Below are positions 62,331 through 63,924 of a DNA stretch of 63,924 bases, one piece after another (within the stretch, counting starts at the first letter, position 1; every line of letters begins with the position of its first letter). Under the pieces are notes generated by a model. The model was not told the origin of the DNA, searched no databases, and was given only the letters and a program-made list of their open reading frames with translations. The translations under genes and the position numbers were made by a program. Source of the stretch: Octopus bimaculoides (taxonomy: Eukaryota); NCBI RefSeq assembly GCF_001194135.2, contig NC_068985.1, positions 57,084,866 through 57,148,789 on the forward strand, in the 5' to 3' direction.

Positions 62331-63924
62331 CACACACAAAATGGAGAATCGTCAGCGGCCAGCAACCCAGCCGAACCAAACAACAACACCACCAGTACCA
62401 CCAAGAACAGAATCAGCACCATCACCACTACCAGCAACAACAACAACAACCCCACAAGAAGAAGGGAACACGAAAAAGACTCCCACCCCACCCCCAAAAA
62501 CCCAAACACCACATCCCAACTGTCACGNNNNNNNNNNNNNNNNNNNNNNNNNNNNNNNNNNNNNNNNNNNNNNNNNNNNNNNNNNNNNNNNNNNNNNNNN
62601 NNNNNNNNNNNNNNNNNNNNNNNNNNNNGGCCACGGGGGGAAGAAGAAAAAAGAGGGGAAAAAGAACGGAAAAATAAACAAACAAAGCGGGGAGGTTTAC
62701 CAGCCCCGAAACCAACACATCCACAGAAAACAAAAACACCAACACAAACGCACCAACACAGAACCCCACAATAATTTTGACAGCGATAAACACAAACAAT
62801 CCGGACCTAATCAAATTCATTAGGTCAAACACTAACATAACAGAAAATGACACGAAAACAAGCAATCACCCACGCACAACACCACCACAACACATCAAAA
62901 TCATACACGTAACACGTAGCACATACAATACACTGAAATCTCTCTACCCGGATGCAGTAGGAAGATTCCAGAAATATTCATCTATAAAACTGTACAAAGC
63001 CCTTCTGATAGAATCATGCTCAAAATAGGCAGTATAAATGTAGGTGGCTTGGGATCGCCTTGCAAACAAGGGTATCTGTTAAACGACATCAAGTCACAAC
63101 ATCTGCACGTCATAGCCATCAGCAAGACCAGACTCCACAGCCCGCGGGCCCTCCAGCACATGTTCGGCGGACATTTCAACATTTATTTTTCTCCGTGTCT
63201 GCCGCGAATGGGTGGAGGAGGCACCGCGGTGCTTCTTCGGAAGAGTTTGGACCTCAAAGTAAAAGCAATTTTCCTAGGCTGGTCGTCTTGGATGTCGACG
63301 GCAGCAATGGGTGTGCTTTTCGACTGATAGCAGTTTATGCACCGTCTTTAACAGGCCGGCCAGATTTCTATCGACGTCTAGAGGTTTTCTTGGGAGCGTC
63401 TCGACCTTTACTTCTAGTGAGGGATTGAAACGCTACCCTGGACACGCATCTAGATTATGCAGGCAGCGATAACAATAGAAAGGGATGCAAAAGCCTCAAA
63501 GACCTGCTCAGACGTTTCCGACTGTCTGACAGGTACCGACTGGACCGCCCGAATGTCGGGTCGTCCAGATCGTACTTAGATAGGATATTCTGTAGGACAG
63601 TGGATAAAGATAGGTTGTCCACAATTCCACATAATCAGCTACACAGACCACAAATTTGTCACTTGTACGCTTGACTTAGATAAGACACATAGACAGTTAC
63701 TGGAAGCTGAACGCGTCGTTCACGGCACGCCAGGCTTACAGGGACCGGATTAGCACTTTAGTTAAGGGAGCATTAACGGGTGCCATCATCAACAACAGAT
63801 GGTGGTATGCCCTCAAAAAAGCAATCAAGTCAGAATCGGTTAGGTACAGTAAGGCCCTAGCGTTAGACCGAAATAGAATAGAGGGAGACCTAGTTAAGAA
63901 ATTAGAAGAGGCACTTAGTACTGG
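62331..63924 (+). mobile_element. L1-Tx1 LINE 5' part: A/C-rich ORF1-like region and ORF2 APE endonuclease (pseudogenised), running off the window end
   Basis: ORF2 ATG at 63016: MLKIGSINVGGL..VIAISKTR..GGTAVLL, RLIAVYAP, RD*NATLD, SYLDRIF, YTDHKFV, WKLNAS. Frameshifts and stops present. Confidence 0.88.

Overview
AT-rich, repeat-saturated eukaryotic genomic window with many N gaps, mostly flanked by microsatellites. The SINE/LINE families and microsatellite density look like an octopus (coleoid cephalopod) short-read scaffold; this is inference. No intact host gene can be supported, only a few low-confidence orphan exons. Recognisable decayed mobile elements are a pogo/Tigger-type transposon, three Tc1/mariner fragments, a possible hAT end, R4/Dong-like RLE LINEs, L1-Tx1 LINEs, RTE LINEs, several SINE families and MITE-like fold-backs. 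The main unexpected signal is a set of minimal type I hammerhead ribozyme motifs (CUGANGA, stem II, GAAA, palindromic or near-palindromic stem III, NUH, stem I). They belong to at least seven sequence-unrelated families at about 8.1, 9.4, 10.3, 34.9/35.6, 43.0/44.7, 45.1-45.75 and 50.1/51.2 kb. Most sit as outward-facing pairs in long inverted repeats. Two adjoin Penelope GIY-YIG ORF remnants, and one lies in a ~320-nt tandem/inverted array resembling a retrozyme. All folds were read by eye and need computational and biochemical confirmation.
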